Positions 55,153 through 64,000 of a DNA stretch of 64,000 nt are shown here, piece after piece. Source of the DNA: a virus (Duplodnaviria; Heunggongvirae; Uroviricota; Caudoviricetes). Position 1 is the stretch's first letter. The number at the start of each line of letters is the position of its first letter. A model generated the notes under the pieces. It searched no databases. It was not told the DNA's origin and was given only the letters and a program-made list of their open reading frames with translations. Both the position numbers and the translations under genes were made by a program. Location of the stretch: IMG/VR virus record IMGVR_UViG_2913112809_000002; one strand, 5' to 3'.

Positions 55153-57630
55153 TTAAAAATCAGTCTGATTAGGGATCAGTTTTTGCCAGATTGCTGAAAC
55201 GTATTTCGCCTGGTGGCGGGCGTCATCCAGTGCATTGTGGGGTACACCCTCGAACGGAATAGCCGCTCTGGCATCAAATTCCAGGGCTTTTCCCAGCTCA
55301 ACGATTGTGCGCACATCGCGATCGTTGTAGTAACGCCACGGACAGGGGATCCCCTGTCGTTCATGTGAACGGCGTAAAATCACGTTGTCGAAGTTAGCCC
55401 CATTTCCCCAGACCCGAACAAAAAATTCACCGGAGTTTTCGTCTATAAATTCACGCAACTGCAGCAGTGCATCATCCAACGGGATTTCATCGACCAGAAT
55501 GGCGGATTGCGCTTCGCGTGATTGTTTCAGCCACCATTTTATGGCGTCCCGATCAATGATTCCGCCTGCAGTTTCCAGATCAATAGTCTTAATAAATTCC
55601 GGCCCCATATCTCCGGTCTGCGGATCGAAAAATATTGCACCTATTGAGATAATCGGGGCATCAGGATTTTTTCCCATCGTTTCAAGGTCGATCATCAGAT
55701 GGTGCCACACCCTGCTGGTGGATGTGGTTTCATGATGACCGTTCACCTTAACTAAGGGATCAGTCGCCTCGCCAGTTTCATTATCGCTGACGTGGTCCTG
55801 ATCGCCGCCAGTGTTCTCCTTGTGCGGATGTTCAGTGCCTTCCATTTCCTCTGGAGCTTCTTCCCGAGATTCATCCTGATTTTCTCCATCGAATGTTTCC
55901 TGGTATGTTGCGTCGCCCATCACTGCACCACAATCAGGGCAGTTGCCACTGCCTGTCTGCCCGCAGGCGGTGCAAACTTTTTCCACTTCTTGTTGCACTA
56001 CTGGTTCAGGCTGTTTCGTTTCTGGCTCGTTTTGTAACGCATTTTGGCTGTTTTGTTCCGCTTTCTGGTCGTTTTGTTCCGTTTCTGTTTCTTGCAGGTT
56101 CTGGTTCACAGAATCGCGAGTCTGGATCCCCTTAACCCATTTTGGATCATTCGGGTCGCTAATCCCGTCAACAAATTCACCACGTGATACAGCAAGCAAC
56201 TTATCGGCGTCAGTCTGCTTGATATTGGCTGCCTGCATAATTTGGTTTACTTCGTCAGCGGTAACTTTTACCAGTTCCGGTTGTGCGATCGTGTCAGATG
56301 CACCAGTATTTTGTTGTGAACCTGAGTATGTGCCGTTTTTGCGGGCAAAATATTCTTCTTTCGTGATTTCAGTAGCCCCGGCAGCCAGCGCCTTATCCAG
56401 ACCTGAAAGTTTGTTTGCACGACCGTATTTTTCGCCATCCTTATCGGTGAATAGGAAGTAGAACGGCCCCTCACGCTCTACAGATGGTTCTGCTTCCACT
56501 TCGCATTCGGTTTTTTCGTTGTCCGGCATTGCCGTTTCCACTGCATTAGTTTCTGGTACTGGCGACGGGAGAGTATTAGTTGTGCTCTGATTTGTACCTT
56601 CATCTTCAAACACGCCCTTTGTAGTCAGGTATTCAGTGATGTATTTGTTCAGTGCCACGGGATCCTTGTGAATGTCGATCGGACGCTCACGGACAAGGCC
56701 AAAAATAGTCTGACGGTCATAGCGAATGGCATCAGGCTGTTTGCGCATTGATGCGGAAATACGCTTCCAGTCTTCGCGATCGTTCTCGATAACTTCATTT
56801 TTTGCCCAGCGATGGATGCTGCCGTCAATGTTTCCGGCATCAATGTCACCAGGCCACAGAGCGTAGGCCAGCTCATCATCCAGTGTTTTCCATGTCTGCT
56901 TGTATTCGCGACGAATGACAGCAGTGACAGGGGGGATTTTTTCTGCTGAGTTTTCAGTGTGCTGTCGGTTGACTCTGGCGCGGGCGAGATCAACAACAGA
57001 AGTATATTTCCCGGTTTCTTTTCGTTCGGCTTCGCGACGTTTTTTCCAGGCGCGTAATTCAGTCTGGATCTCAGGCCATTTTGCCCCCGGCTTACATTTA
57101 TGTTTAACCCACCCGATGGCGAACAGCTTAAGCTCCGGATACATGATGTTAACTTCAGGCATTTTCATTAATGCTTCAACGATATGCCCGTCGAATGTTG
57201 CCATGTCTTCCTGCAGTAACTCCTGTGCGCTAATCACCATATCAACGGTGATGTTTTCACATGTACCGAACTTAACCAGGACCGCGTTCTGTACTTCAAG
57301 GGACAGTTTGTCAAAATTGACGTTCATCGGATCGGATTCTGGTTCGACCAGGACAAAAGAAGCTGAGTTTTCATCCCAGCGATTTTCCTGCATATATTCG
57401 GTATCCCAGGAATCGAGGGCAGGGCGTGGCATGCCGGGCTTATCCTCACAGACAATAATTTTATAAGCGCAGTCCTGAGCTGCCGGATATTGCTCCAGGA
57501 ATAACCAGCCAAATTTAGCTCTTGCGCGGCGTTCGTCGCCGGCTTCAATGGCAGTGGCTACAGCAACAGCACCTTCTTCCTTTATTGCCTGTTCGTCCGG
57601 CATGGCGGCGCAAATAAAGACTTTACTCAT
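55153..57630 (-). CDS. RecE-like exonuclease with C-terminal DnaQ-like 3'-5' exonuclease-type region
   Basis: 825 aa; acidic low-complexity linker; C-terminal MIDLETMG...H..DD motifs. Confidence 0.6.
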   Translation of the reverse strand: MSKVFICAAMPDEQAIKEEGAVAVATAIEAGDERRARAKFGWLFLEQYPAAQDCAYKIIVCEDKPGMPRPALDSWDTEYMQENRWDENSASFVLVEPESDPMNVNFDKLSLEVQNAVLVKFGTCENITVDMVISAQELLQEDMATFDGHIVEALMKMPEVNIMYPELKLFAIGWVKHKCKPGAKWPEIQTELRAWKKRREAERKETGKYTSVVDLARARVNRQHTENSAEKIPPVTAVIRREYKQTWKTLDDELAYALWPGDIDAGNIDGSIHRWAKNEVIENDREDWKRISASMRKQPDAIRYDRQTIFGLVRERPIDIHKDPVALNKYITEYLTTKGVFEDEGTNQSTTNTLPSPVPETNAVETAMPDNEKTECEVEAEPSVEREGPFYFLFTDKDGEKYGRANKLSGLDKALAAGATEITKEEYFARKNGTYSGSQQNTGASDTIAQPELVKVTADEVNQIMQAANIKQTDADKLLAVSRGEFVDGISDPNDPKWVKGIQTRDSVNQNLQETETEQNDQKAEQNSQNALQNEPETKQPEPVVQQEVEKVCTACGQTGSGNCPDCGAVMGDATYQETFDGENQDESREEAPEEMEGTEHPHKENTGGDQDHVSDNETGEATDPLVKVNGHHETTSTSRVWHHLMIDLETMGKNPDAPIISIGAIFFDPQTGDMGPEFIKTIDLETAGGIIDRDAIKWWLKQSREAQSAILVDEIPLDDALLQLREFIDENSGEFFVRVWGNGANFDNVILRRSHERQGIPCPWRYYNDRDVRTIVELGKALEFDARAAIPFEGVPHNALDDARHQAKYVSAIWQKLIPNQTDF

Positions 57631-57723
57631 TTTGTTTTAACCTCATTGCAGATTTAAGGATGAACAAATCCCTGCCATTGCTGGCATATAAAAATGGAAC
57701 CGGATATTTACTGCAGGTCTGTT

Positions 57724-57915
57724 TTAAAGCCCTGCCGGGATTTCGCTATTATCTGTGTGAATAACTTTATCGACCGGATAACAGTTACCGGGAATTTTCT
57801 GTTCGTCTGCGGCGGTCGTGCATTCTTTCATTGAGCCGTATACGCCTGTGACCAGGTCAACAGGCTCTCCGGTATTAAGGAAAACTGTCAGAACAAGTGC
57901 AAATGCAGTATTCAT
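57724..57915 (-). CDS. ydfD: YdfD-like small lysis-associated protein
   Basis: MNTAFALVLTVFLNTGEPVD...KIPGNCYPVDKVIH.DN.EIPAGL resembles K-12 YdfD as recalled. Confidence 0.55.
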   Translation of the reverse strand: MNTAFALVLTVFLNTGEPVDLVTGVYGSMKECTTAADEQKIPGNCYPVDKVIHTDNSEIPAGL

Positions 57916-58100
57916 TGCAAGCATCCTTTTTTCATCAGGTTTAAGCGAGCCATCTTTGAAGCAATGCATACTTTATTTAATAAATCCGGCATGCGCTTTA
58001 TCTGATTAATGGCATCCTCAATAAAAGTTTTATCACCAGTTATAACGCCAATTTCAAAACGGGTTTCAGGCGTAGTGGAATTGAGTAATAACGTTTCCAT
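57912..58100 (-). CDS. dicB: Cell division inhibitor DicB
   Basis: 62 aa METLLLNSTTPETRFEIGV...EDAIN...LLNKVCIASKMARLNLMKKGCLQ resembles K-12 DicB as recalled. Confidence 0.75.
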   Translation of the reverse strand: METLLLNSTTPETRFEIGVITGDKTFIEDAINQIKRMPDLLNKVCIASKMARLNLMKKGCLQ

Positions 58101-58254
58101 TATCGCGTCCTCAACAATGAATTTTGTGATGCGGTGCCTGGTGCCTCCAGGTGACGTTAACCAGTTAACAATTAACGCCGGAGTATTTCACCCATAAGGT
58201 CGCTTGTTTTAACTGTTCCGCGTGCGCTTAGCCGCATTCACCGCATCACAAAAT

Positions 58255-58325
58255 TCACTTTAAAAAGGGCGGGTATCACAAGGGAAAACAAAAAACGGAT
58301 ACCCGCCAAAAGGTAATCAACATGG
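58255..58325 (-). ncRNA. dicF: DicF-like sRNA candidate
   Basis: Upstream of dicB; minus strand reads ...ccttttggcgggtatccgttttttgttttcccttgtgatacccgccctttttaaag (hairpin + U-run), resembles DicF 3' half as recalled. Confidence 0.4.
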
Positions 58326-58555
58326 GTTGTTGTAGCTGATTGCCACAACCGGAAGCGCACGGACGAAGATGCCGGCGGCACGCAACAGAGGGAGAAATAA
58401 CTTCGCCGTGCGCTTTCGTGTTGTGCCCTGACTTTTCAGGGATATATCCTTTCAGTAAACTGTCAGTGCCGGATTCTTATCCGTGTCCGGCGCACGACAA
58501 CACGCTGTCACGTGTGGTCTCCATTCTCAACCAGTAACCTCAATGGAGGATAAAA

Positions 58556-58764
58556 TGCCAAACAAACCAATACATCCGCTTATTGAAAAACAGATTGAAT
58601 GTCTGGTTAATCAACTCAGGCAATCAGGGTTATTAAAAACTCATTCAGAGCTAGGGCTCACAGAATCGGCATTCGACGATAAATTAAACAATGCGCTTTA
58701 TAATGGCATCATTGATTACAATCGTGGTGCTGGTCGCCGTGGCCCTGCTGGTACAGCTTTGTAA
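58556..58764 (+). CDS. Hypothetical protein, convergent with 58765..59403
   Basis: SD ggagga before ATG; 69 aa. Confidence 0.35.
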
Positions 58765-59403
58765 TTACCAGTTAATCCAGAGCGGATAGTGTTCAGCATA
58801 AATATAGCTATACACATCCAGGTTGTATTTGCGGTCTGTCCTTAGCAGGTCGCAAATACAGGCCGCAGCTTCCAGGGCAGCAGCTTTGTTGCTGAATAAC
58901 CATGTAGCAACATTCCAGCGATTATCTGTATCCCACTCTTTTGCGAGAGTTGACACCACGAAGGAGCCGTTGGTGTTGCCATCAAATACTTCCGTTTCCA
59001 GATTTTTAAGTAATGCCTGGTGAATTCTTGCCAGGTATTCAGTCGGAATTTCGCCACGAATTCTGATAAGGTTGTCATAAACAAACATATTCCCCGTATA
59101 TGGCGATTTTTCTTTCCTGCATTTTAAGCCAGCATCACGGGTAAACTGGTCAATTTCTTCTTCGGTTTGTTTCGTATTGATGTTTTGCGTTATCGTTTCT
59201 GCAATGGGCTTTGCTTTATTTTCTACACAATGATTGTTTGTGAACGAATCTGAATACAGTCCGGTAAAAGAATTGCGGACATGATTTGATAAATTTCTGA
59301 TGAACACTTTATCTACTAATATCATTGGGTTCCGCGCCAGTTGCGAGCGAATCACATCAGCGGCCATTTCCTGTATTGATATTGGTAAATCTTTAAATTC
59401 CAT
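58765..59403 (-). CDS. Hypothetical protein (212 aa) in early-left operon
   Basis: AT-rich ORF between ydfB-like gene and DicF-like region; no recognised domain. Confidence 0.5.
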   Translation of the reverse strand: MEFKDLPISIQEMAADVIRSQLARNPMILVDKVFIRNLSNHVRNSFTGLYSDSFTNNHCVENKAKPIAETITQNINTKQTEEEIDQFTRDAGLKCRKEKSPYTGNMFVYDNLIRIRGEIPTEYLARIHQALLKNLETEVFDGNTNGSFVVSTLAKEWDTDNRWNVATWLFSNKAAALEAAACICDLLRTDRKYNLDVYSYIYAEHYPLWINW

Positions 59404-59414
59404 CTTTAACCCCG

Positions 59415-59543
59415 TTAGTCGATAGATTTTGTCGAACTGGAAAGCGCCTGTTTAAACTCACTGAAGCTGAGAGTTTCTTCGCCTTCGGCAAGGCCTTCGA
59501 AGTATTCTTCGTAAGCCTTTTCCATGATTGCGTCGAAATCCAT
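59415..59543 (-). CDS. ydfB: YdfB-like small protein
   Basis: Manual translation MDFDAIMEKAYEEYFEGLAEGEETLSFSEFKQALSSSTKSID (42 aa). Confidence 0.55.
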   Translation of the reverse strand: MDFDAIMEKAYEEYFEGLAEGEETLSFSEFKQALSSSTKSID

Positions 59544-59544
59544 A

Positions 59545-59700
59545 TCACTCACCTGAGTTTCTTTCCAGCCAGCGACGTGCGCCAGCTTCGGTTTTAAACG
59601 TTTTGCTTTTGGTATACGTCATCGCGGTGAACGTACCGTCCTGGTTGGGGAACACGCCGCATACCAGAGATTCGTTGTTGCCAAGATCGATAGTATCCAT
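59545..59700 (-). CDS. ydfA: YdfA-like small protein
   Basis: MDTIDLGNNESLVCGVFPNQDGTFTAMTYTKSKTFKTEAGARRWLERNSGE. Confidence 0.6.
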   Translation of the reverse strand: MDTIDLGNNESLVCGVFPNQDGTFTAMTYTKSKTFKTEAGARRWLERNSGE

Positions 59701-59878
59701 GTTGACCTCATTTCCCCTTAACGCCGGGGTAGCGGAACAAAAACCTGCTGCATAGTTAAAGTTGAACCCTGCCGTCATGTTCTTACGCCTCGGGCTGGCT
59801 ACTTACCCCCTGACCACTGCCTGGTAACTCGAAGTATTGCCCTGCGTTCTGTGGGGCGGGGTGGGTTGGTATGCAATA

Positions 59879-59955
59879 AATCTAAAAGTATTTAGTTTTA
59901 TAGTCAAGGGGAATCTAAATTAATTTAAAAAAAAGGTCGGCATAACCGACCTTAA
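59879..59955. promoter_or_regulatory. OL-like operators and terminator downstream of cI-like gene
   Basis: aatctaaaagtatttagtt resembles OR palindrome aatctaaaaatacttagatt; ggtcgg/ccgacc hairpin with T8 on minus strand. Confidence 0.4.
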
Positions 59956-59974
59956 GTTCAAGGACATGGCAGTG

Positions 59975-60622
59975 TTATAGGTTGAACTGTACACCTTTTG
60001 CTACGGCAACAATTTTACACTCTGGCGTAAGCAAGGATGATTGATAGCGCGGATTGAGAGGGCTTAAATACACAAGTTTTCCATCAATAACTAATTTTTT
60101 TATAGTCATAGACGGTTCATTTGTAAGTGGATCTGGAACTATTACAGCGACAATACTGCCATTTTTATAACTTTCTCCTGGTCTTAGGATCACAGTGGCA
60201 CCAACCGGGATACTCGGCGACCCTGAGGGGTTATGCATAGTGTCATCAGGCATTGAAACGGCAAAATCACCTTCCACTACATCAAAGAATGTGGTGATCC
60301 TATCGACATTTCCCATTGTTTTCTCTCCTTCTAAGATTAGGAAAGAAATCGCGTCACCCCACGAAAAGTAGGGGATCTTGGTGCCTGGATTGCTCTGCAC
60401 AAAAGATAGTTCAGGAGACGATACTCCATACAGGAGATAGGACTCAGTAGTTCCTAATGCTTGGGCTAACTTACTTAGAGCTTTGCTGCCGGGTTCGTTT
60501 AGATCTTTCTCCCAGTACCCTATAGTAACCCCAGTCACGCCTGAAAGCTTACCCAGTTCTACCTGGGTGAGTCCCTTATCTTTTCTGAGTTTCTTAAGCC
60601 TGATGCCAAGGCTTTCCATCAT
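59975..60622 (-). CDS. CI-like repressor (HTH + S24 peptidase)
   Basis: 215 aa; N-terminal HTH LTQVELGKLSGVTGVTIGYWE; C-terminal peptidase-like domain. Confidence 0.85.
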   Translation of the reverse strand: MMESLGIRLKKLRKDKGLTQVELGKLSGVTGVTIGYWEKDLNEPGSKALSKLAQALGTTESYLLYGVSSPELSFVQSNPGTKIPYFSWGDAISFLILEGEKTMGNVDRITTFFDVVEGDFAVSMPDDTMHNPSGSPSIPVGATVILRPGESYKNGSIVAVIVPDPLTNEPSMTIKKLVIDGKLVYLSPLNPRYQSSLLTPECKIVAVAKGVQFNL

Positions 60623-60719
60623 TTTCTCCCGCGAGTTGAATATAAATTATTTTAGATTGCATTGACCTAAAAAAAAATTATCCTGTAATCTAAAAATACT
60701 TAGATTTTAGGAGAGTGAA
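60623..60719. promoter_or_regulatory. OR operator/promoter region
   Basis: TTAGATT / AATCTAA half-sites at 60653, 60687 and 60700. Confidence 0.5.
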
Positions 60720-60947
60720 ATGCGAGTTGATGAACTTGTTCAGTTTTTTGGCTCTGTTCAGAGGGTCGCTGATTTTTATGGGATAACCCGCGAAGCTATT
60801 TACATGTGGCGTAAGCGCCCCGGTGAAATAGTTCCGAAAGGGAGAGCTGCGGAAGCTGCTGCATACTCCAAGGGAAAATTATCTTTGAACCCAGAACTTT
60901 ACAAAAAGAATGATACCACCCGGGACGAAAGGAAGAGTGATTCATGA
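60720..60947 (+). CDS. Cro-like HTH regulator
   Basis: 75 aa, SD aggagag, divergent from cI-like gene. Confidence 0.6.
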   Translation: MRVDELVQFFGSVQRVADFYGITREAIYMWRKRPGEIVPKGRAAEAAAYSKGKLSLNPELYKKNDTTRDERKSDS

Positions 60948-61369
60948 AAATCAAGCATGAACACATCCGCATGGCGATGAAAGCCTGGGCGCATCCGGAT
61001 GGCGAGAAAGTACCAACTGCGAAGATTACCAAAGCATATTTTGAACTGGGAATGACGTTTCCGGAGCTGTACGACGATTCACATCCGGAAGGCCTGGCTC
61101 GTAATACCCAGAAAATTTTCCGCTGGGTGGAGAAAGACACCCCTGATGCGGTTAAAAAAATTCAGGCGCTTTTACCAGCGATCGAAAAGGCAATGCCACC
61201 TCTGCTGGTGGCCCGAATGCGCAGCCACAGTTCAGCCTATTTTCGGGAGCTGGTGGAGACGCGGGAACGACTGGTGAGAGACGCTGATGATTTTGTCGCA
61301 GTGGCAATCACTGGTTTCAATCAGATGAATCGTGGTGGTCCGGCGGGAAATGCCGTGGTGATGCACTAA
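60944..61369 (+). CDS. CII-position regulator (YdaT-like by recollection)
   Basis: 141 aa, translationally coupled to cro-like gene. Confidence 0.4.
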   Translation: MKIKHEHIRMAMKAWAHPDGEKVPTAKITKAYFELGMTFPELYDDSHPEGLARNTQKIFRWVEKDTPDAVKKIQALLPAIEKAMPPLLVARMRSHSSAYFRELVETRERLVRDADDFVAVAITGFNQMNRGGPAGNAVVMH

Positions 61370-61392
61370 AAGCACGGTGTTCGGAGTTTTAT

Positions 61393-62340
61393 ATGAGCAG
61401 CAAGCTTCATGGTCTTGTCTGGGAAGGGTGTGCCTTCACCGGCATGATCTTATCCCGGGTAGCAGTAATGGCTCGCCTTGCAGACTACAGCAATGACGAA
61501 GGTGTGTCATGGCCTGCAGTGGAGACTATTCGTCGTCAGATTGGGGCAAAGAGTGAATCAACGGTTAAAGCTGCGATAGCGGAACTGGAAAAGAACGGCT
61601 GGCTGACGAAGGAGGAACGTAAGGTCGGTGGGCGTAATGTAAGCAATATTTACCGCCTTAATGTGGAAAAACTTGAAGCAGCAGCGGCGGCGGCGCGTGA
61701 GGCATATAAACCGAAAAGAAAAATTAACCCGGTAAAAAATGACCCGTCAAATATTGACCCCTCAACGGTTGACCCGTCAAATTTTGATGGATCAACAGTT
61801 GATAAAAAACAGCCGGTTAGGGGGGCGATGGTTGGCCCCGATCCGTCAGTATTAAAACCTGATCCGTCAGATAAAAGATCTTCTTGTCCGGACGCTTCGC
61901 AACCGGACCCGCAGACGGCTGAACAGGATTTTTTAACCCGACACCCTGACGCTGTTGTGTTCAGTGCGAAAAAACGCCAGTGGGGCAGCCAGGAAGATTT
62001 GGCGTGTGCGCAGTGGATCTGGGGGCGAATCGTGAGTCTTTACGAGCAGGCCGCCAGCGATGATGGCGAGCTCATGCGACCGAAAGAACCCAACTGGGCT
62101 GCATGGGCCAATGATGTGCGCACAATGCGGATGCTGGATGGCAGAACTCACAGACAAATTTGTGAAATGTTTGGTCGGGTACAGCGGGATCCATTCTGGG
62201 TAAAAAACATCATGAGCCCGTCAAAGCTCCGCGAAAAATGGGACGAACTGGTCATTCGCCTGGGGCGTTCGCCTGTACAGCGTTGTGTGAATCACATTTC
62301 TGAACCGGATACCGAAATTCCGCAGGGCTTCAGGGGGTGA
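61393..62340 (+). CDS. Replication initiator O-like protein with internal iterons
   Basis: 315 aa; N-terminal HTH-like region; NDPSNIDPSTVDPSNFDGSTVD peptide repeats encoded by DNA iterons. Confidence 0.55.
   Translation: MSSKLHGLVWEGCAFTGMILSRVAVMARLADYSNDEGVSWPAVETIRRQIGAKSESTVKAAIAELEKNGWLTKEERKVGGRNVSNIYRLNVEKLEAAAAAAREAYKPKRKINPVKNDPSNIDPSTVDPSNFDGSTVDKKQPVRGAMVGPDPSVLKPDPSDKRSSCPDASQPDPQTAEQDFLTRHPDAVVFSAKKRQWGSQEDLACAQWIWGRIVSLYEQAASDDGELMRPKEPNWAAWANDVRTMRMLDGRTHRQICEMFGRVQRDPFWVKNIMSPSKLREKWDELVIRLGRSPVQRCVNHISEPDTEIPQGFRG
61735..61810. repeat. Iteron array (putative origin)
   Basis: Direct repeats tgacccgtcaaat / ttgacccctcaacgg / ttgacccgtcaaatt / ttgatggatcaacag. Confidence 0.5.
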
Positions 62341-62380
62341 GTGTTTATTTCAGATCATGAGGTAATTTTCAGGAGGGTTT

Positions 62381-62797
62381 GTGGCAAAAGTATTTACACA
62401 AGAAGAGCGGGAAAAAATTAAGGGGCAGGTTGTTGAACTCGTGCGCCAGAGCGGGCGCGAGACGCTACGACAACTGGAAGCTAAGACGGGTGCGACAAGA
62501 TATCTGATGAGTGTTCTCGCCAGAGAGCTGGTTGCCAGTGGCGATGTATACAATTCTGGCTACGGATTATTTCCGTCTGAACAGGCTCGTAAGGACTGGA
62601 TAAAGGCCCGCAAAAAGATGTCGAAAGCAGCAGTGAAAAAAAAGAGCGACCCGGACCTGGTTTATTCATTACCAGACGGAGAAATACGCCGCTACGACAG
62701 GCGTCTGAACATAATCTGTCGCGAGTGTCGGAAAAGCGAAGCTATGCAGCGTGTACTGGCGTTCTATCAGGGTAATTTTCAGGAGGTGCTTTTGTGA
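62381..62797 (+). CDS. Hypothetical protein (replication-module position)
   Basis: 138-aa ORF downstream of initiator. Confidence 0.4.
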   Translation: MAKVFTQEEREKIKGQVVELVRQSGRETLRQLEAKTGATRYLMSVLARELVASGDVYNSGYGLFPSEQARKDWIKARKKMSKAAVKKKSDPDLVYSLPDGEIRRYDRRLNIICRECRKSEAMQRVLAFYQGNFQEVLL

Positions 62798-63372
62798 GCA
62801 AAATTAACTATCAGGCACTGCGTGATGCGGCACAGAACGCGAGAGATTTAGGTGGGATTAAGAATTACAAGCGAGGTGAGCAAGCTGTTGCCGAATTTGA
62901 GTCCTTGATAACGCCACACCTTGTGCTTGCGTTACTGGATGAGCTGGAAATTAAAAGCAAACGAATTAACGAGTTAATCAAGGGCGGTGAAAACGCCAAA
63001 TACGTGACGGAAATTTTCCGACTTGAGAAAGAACGCATGGCTCTGGCGGCGGAGAATGCTGGGCTGAAGGCGATATGTGATGACCGTCGCAGGTTCATCA
63101 TGAATGCGGTGCAACTTGGGCATATCAAAGCGCCAGCAATGAAAACAAAATCGGGGCTTGAAACAATTCGTATTGCTATATCACCACAAAAGCCCACTCC
63201 GGCCACCGATGTTTTTCTGGCTGAAGTACGGGCGTGGGCGTTTAACGACCTTTGCGCGGCGTTTGTCAGGCACGCAAAAGTTGCAGGGCTGGATGATGCC
63301 GATACCGTAACGCTTAATGAAGCAACGGATGCGCTGCTGCATTGTGTGGAACAGCTTCGCGCTCCAGAATAA
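62794..63372 (+). CDS. Ea22-like protein
   Basis: GTG start (M)SKINYQ...; homologous to 16068..16631 and 17110..17310. Confidence 0.5.
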   Translation: MSKINYQALRDAAQNARDLGGIKNYKRGEQAVAEFESLITPHLVLALLDELEIKSKRINELIKGGENAKYVTEIFRLEKERMALAAENAGLKAICDDRRRFIMNAVQLGHIKAPAMKTKSGLETIRIAISPQKPTPATDVFLAEVRAWAFNDLCAAFVRHAKVAGLDDADTVTLNEATDALLHCVEQLRAPE

Positions 63373-63469
63373 TTAAATTTAGTACTGTAAATAAAATTTA
63401 ATCCTTAACCGGAGGGATTCCTGCAACCTCAATACATCAGGAGTCCGTCCGAAAGGGCGGTAATGAAAA

Positions 63470-64000
63470 ATGACAGAATTAACCAAAGAGCAATTAATCG
63501 AAGAAGCCAAATTAAAAATAGCGATTGCGAAATGCCACCCCAATTCAGGGATGGCGCGGGTAGAGGGCGAGTTATTCAAAATTGCACTGACATCGCTGGA
63601 AGTAGAACCGATAGCGTGGGAATGCGGCGAAAACATAATCCTGTTTAATCCTGACACAGTTGAAGCATATGCAAAACGTGCGGAGATATCACCTAAACCA
63701 CTATTCGCCGCCCCGCCAGTGCTGCCTGATAGACCGGTAGTATCGCTGGAAGCAGAGCCAGTTGTAGTAAACGACGACATGGCTTACGCATTTCACCATG
63801 CGCTTTCTGACTCATCGCTTGGCTCTGATGAAATCGAAGAAATTAAAACCGGGTTGCGTGCTGCCTTTGCCAATGCCACCGTCCAGCCAGCACTGATAGT
63901 GCCGGATGAAATCGAGCCAGACGATAGCAATACGTTTGATTATGTTGATGGCTGGAATGCCTGCCGCGAGGCCATGCTTCAGGATAATAGGGGGAAGTAA
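63470..64000 (+). CDS. DUF551-like protein
   Basis: 176 aa; IALTSLEVEPIAWE motif shared with 18061..18591; stop at window end. Confidence 0.5.
   Translation: MTELTKEQLIEEAKLKIAIAKCHPNSGMARVEGELFKIALTSLEVEPIAWECGENIILFNPDTVEAYAKRAEISPKPLFAAPPVLPDRPVVSLEAEPVVVNDDMAYAFHHALSDSSLGSDEIEEIKTGLRAAFANATVQPALIVPDEIEPDDSNTFDYVDGWNACREAMLQDNRGK

Overview
The window is a mosaic of lambdoid prophage DNA from an Escherichia/Shigella-type host, read here as two phage genomes. Everything below is from reading the sequence and recalling known protein sequences; no searches or computations were run, and homopolymer or frameshift calls could be sequencing errors. (1) Prophage A, 1..~18.8 kb, lies in reverse orientation: a KilA-N cargo gene, a phage-21-type lysis cassette (pinholin S, SAR endolysin R, Rz/Rz1), two tRNA-like genes, lambda-like Q and nin genes, a DnaB-like helicase and O-like initiator with iterons, cII-like and cro-like genes, then divergently cI, a two-gene AT-rich cargo operon at the rexAB position, a P22-type nutL and N, cIII, kil, an ATPase module, an HNH endonuclease, a DNA methyltransferase and Ea22/DUF551-like genes. 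No integrase is seen. (2) From ~18.8 kb to the end is a second genome in vegetative gene order: hok toxin, DUF968, RusA, a second Q, tRNA-Thr and tRNA-Gly, a TerB-like cargo gene, a lysis region with an M15 endolysin, an antirepressor, a cos site, a lambda-like Nu1-to-J structural block, lom, three tail-fibre genes and tfa, an att-like region with a tRNA-Ser 3' fragment, then int, a RecE-like exonuclease, dicB/ydfABCD-like genes, a cI/cro switch and an O-like initiator with iterons. The most interesting candidate for an undescribed system is the two-gene operon at 10572..11410; other leads are a ~100-nt leader conserved before three cargo genes, unknown genes between N and cIII, a convergent gene pair next to a DicF-like RNA, and an attP-like junction with ~300-bp direct repeats 46 kb apart.
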